From IMG/VR virus record IMGVR_UViG_3300048838_000256, positions 1 through 53,556 of that record: a stretch of 53,556 nt of DNA; one strand, written 5' to 3'. This DNA is from a virus. Its lineage: Duplodnaviria; Caudoviricetes. Shown here piece by piece: positions 53,297 to 53,556 of the stretch (position 1 is the stretch's first letter; every line of letters starts with the position of its first letter). The position numbers were made by a program, and so were the translations under genes. The notes below the pieces were generated by a model. That model ran no database searches, was not told the DNA's origin, and saw only the letters and a program-made list of their open reading frames with translations.

Positions 53297-53348
53297 GGCG
53301 GGCAGCGGGCGGGTTGAGCCGCTGCGCAGGGTGCCATGCTTGGGACGA

Positions 53349-53555
53349 TCAGCCGCGTTGCAGCAGCATGGTGGCCTGCCCGAACGCCCCGATGTGCCTG
53401 CGCGACTGGATGCCGCGGATGTCGCGGCGCCAGCCGAGGTCTGCGCCTTGGTTCAGAAGCGGTGAGCCGGGCATGGGGATGCCGGCTGCGGTGAGCTTCA
53501 GGTCGCCAGTGACTGGGTTCGTCAGCGCCGTAGCCGTTGGCTTGGATGCGAACGT
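53349..53555 (-). CDS. 3' end of a gene truncated by the window edge (possibly beta-helix protein C-terminus)
   Basis: Open frame ...GDLKL..PGSPLLNQG..DIRG..R..HIGAF..TGA, similar to the SP.ID.G..D..G..R..DIGA tail motif. Confidence 0.5.
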   Translation of the reverse strand, partial: TFASKPTATALTNPVTGDLKLTAAGIPMPGSPLLNQGADLGWRRDIRGIQSRRHIGAFGQATMLLQRG

Positions 53556-53556
53556 G

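Larger units (their letters stand above)
1..53556. mobile_element. Temperate podovirus-like phage genome segment (non-integrated form, attP intact)
   Basis: Continuous phage genes throughout (terS, replication, CI/Cro, recombination, int/xis, portal, capsid, tail, injected proteins); phage genes on both sides of the tRNA-derived att core; no host genes seen. Confidence 0.95.

Noticed and set aside
30077-53342. Sigma54 promoter reading of the TGGCA motif
   Set aside because: None of the five copies has TTGC at the -12 position
1-53556. Phage that lacks TerL and lysis genes
   Set aside because: The window is truncated at both ends (partial ORF at right), so these genes probably lie outside it

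Overview
About 53.5 kb of a high-GC temperate podovirus-type phage with Bcep22/BPP-1-like architecture (N4-gp56-type capsid, CsrA-like gene, giant DarB-like injected protein); the host is probably a Burkholderiales betaproteobacterium (inference). Left part, minus strand: terS, HNH, DUF1064, DnaB, replication initiator with internal origin, CII-like, Cro. Plus strand: CI, a lipoprotein, early genes with YqaJ/RecT, YfdP/YfdQ-like, excisionase and tyrosine integrase, then an intact attP (3' part of tRNA-Pro(UGG) with arm-type repeats) and a small promoter-driven operon. Right part, minus strand: morphogenesis genes from portal to a 4868-aa polyvalent protein (ddrB-ParB, ParB-like, RelA/SpoT-like, N6-MTase, SF2 helicase, ART, JAB, LPD38-like). 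TerL and lysis genes are not in the window. The most striking observation is that the giant gene contains apparently real nested genes. One is an antisense gene with a perfect Shine-Dalgarno converging on the RelA/SpoT-like domain (candidate immunity protein). A divergent same-strand out-of-frame TnpV-like gene ends where the methyltransferase module begins, and the two share an internal promoter/operator region. A third overprinted ORF lies before the JAB domain. Other notable items: a 59-bp attC-like site, a five-copy late-promoter motif, a non-canonical integrase active site, a homing-endonuclease footprint, and direct repeats flanking the ART domain. All family assignments are from motif recognition, not database searches.
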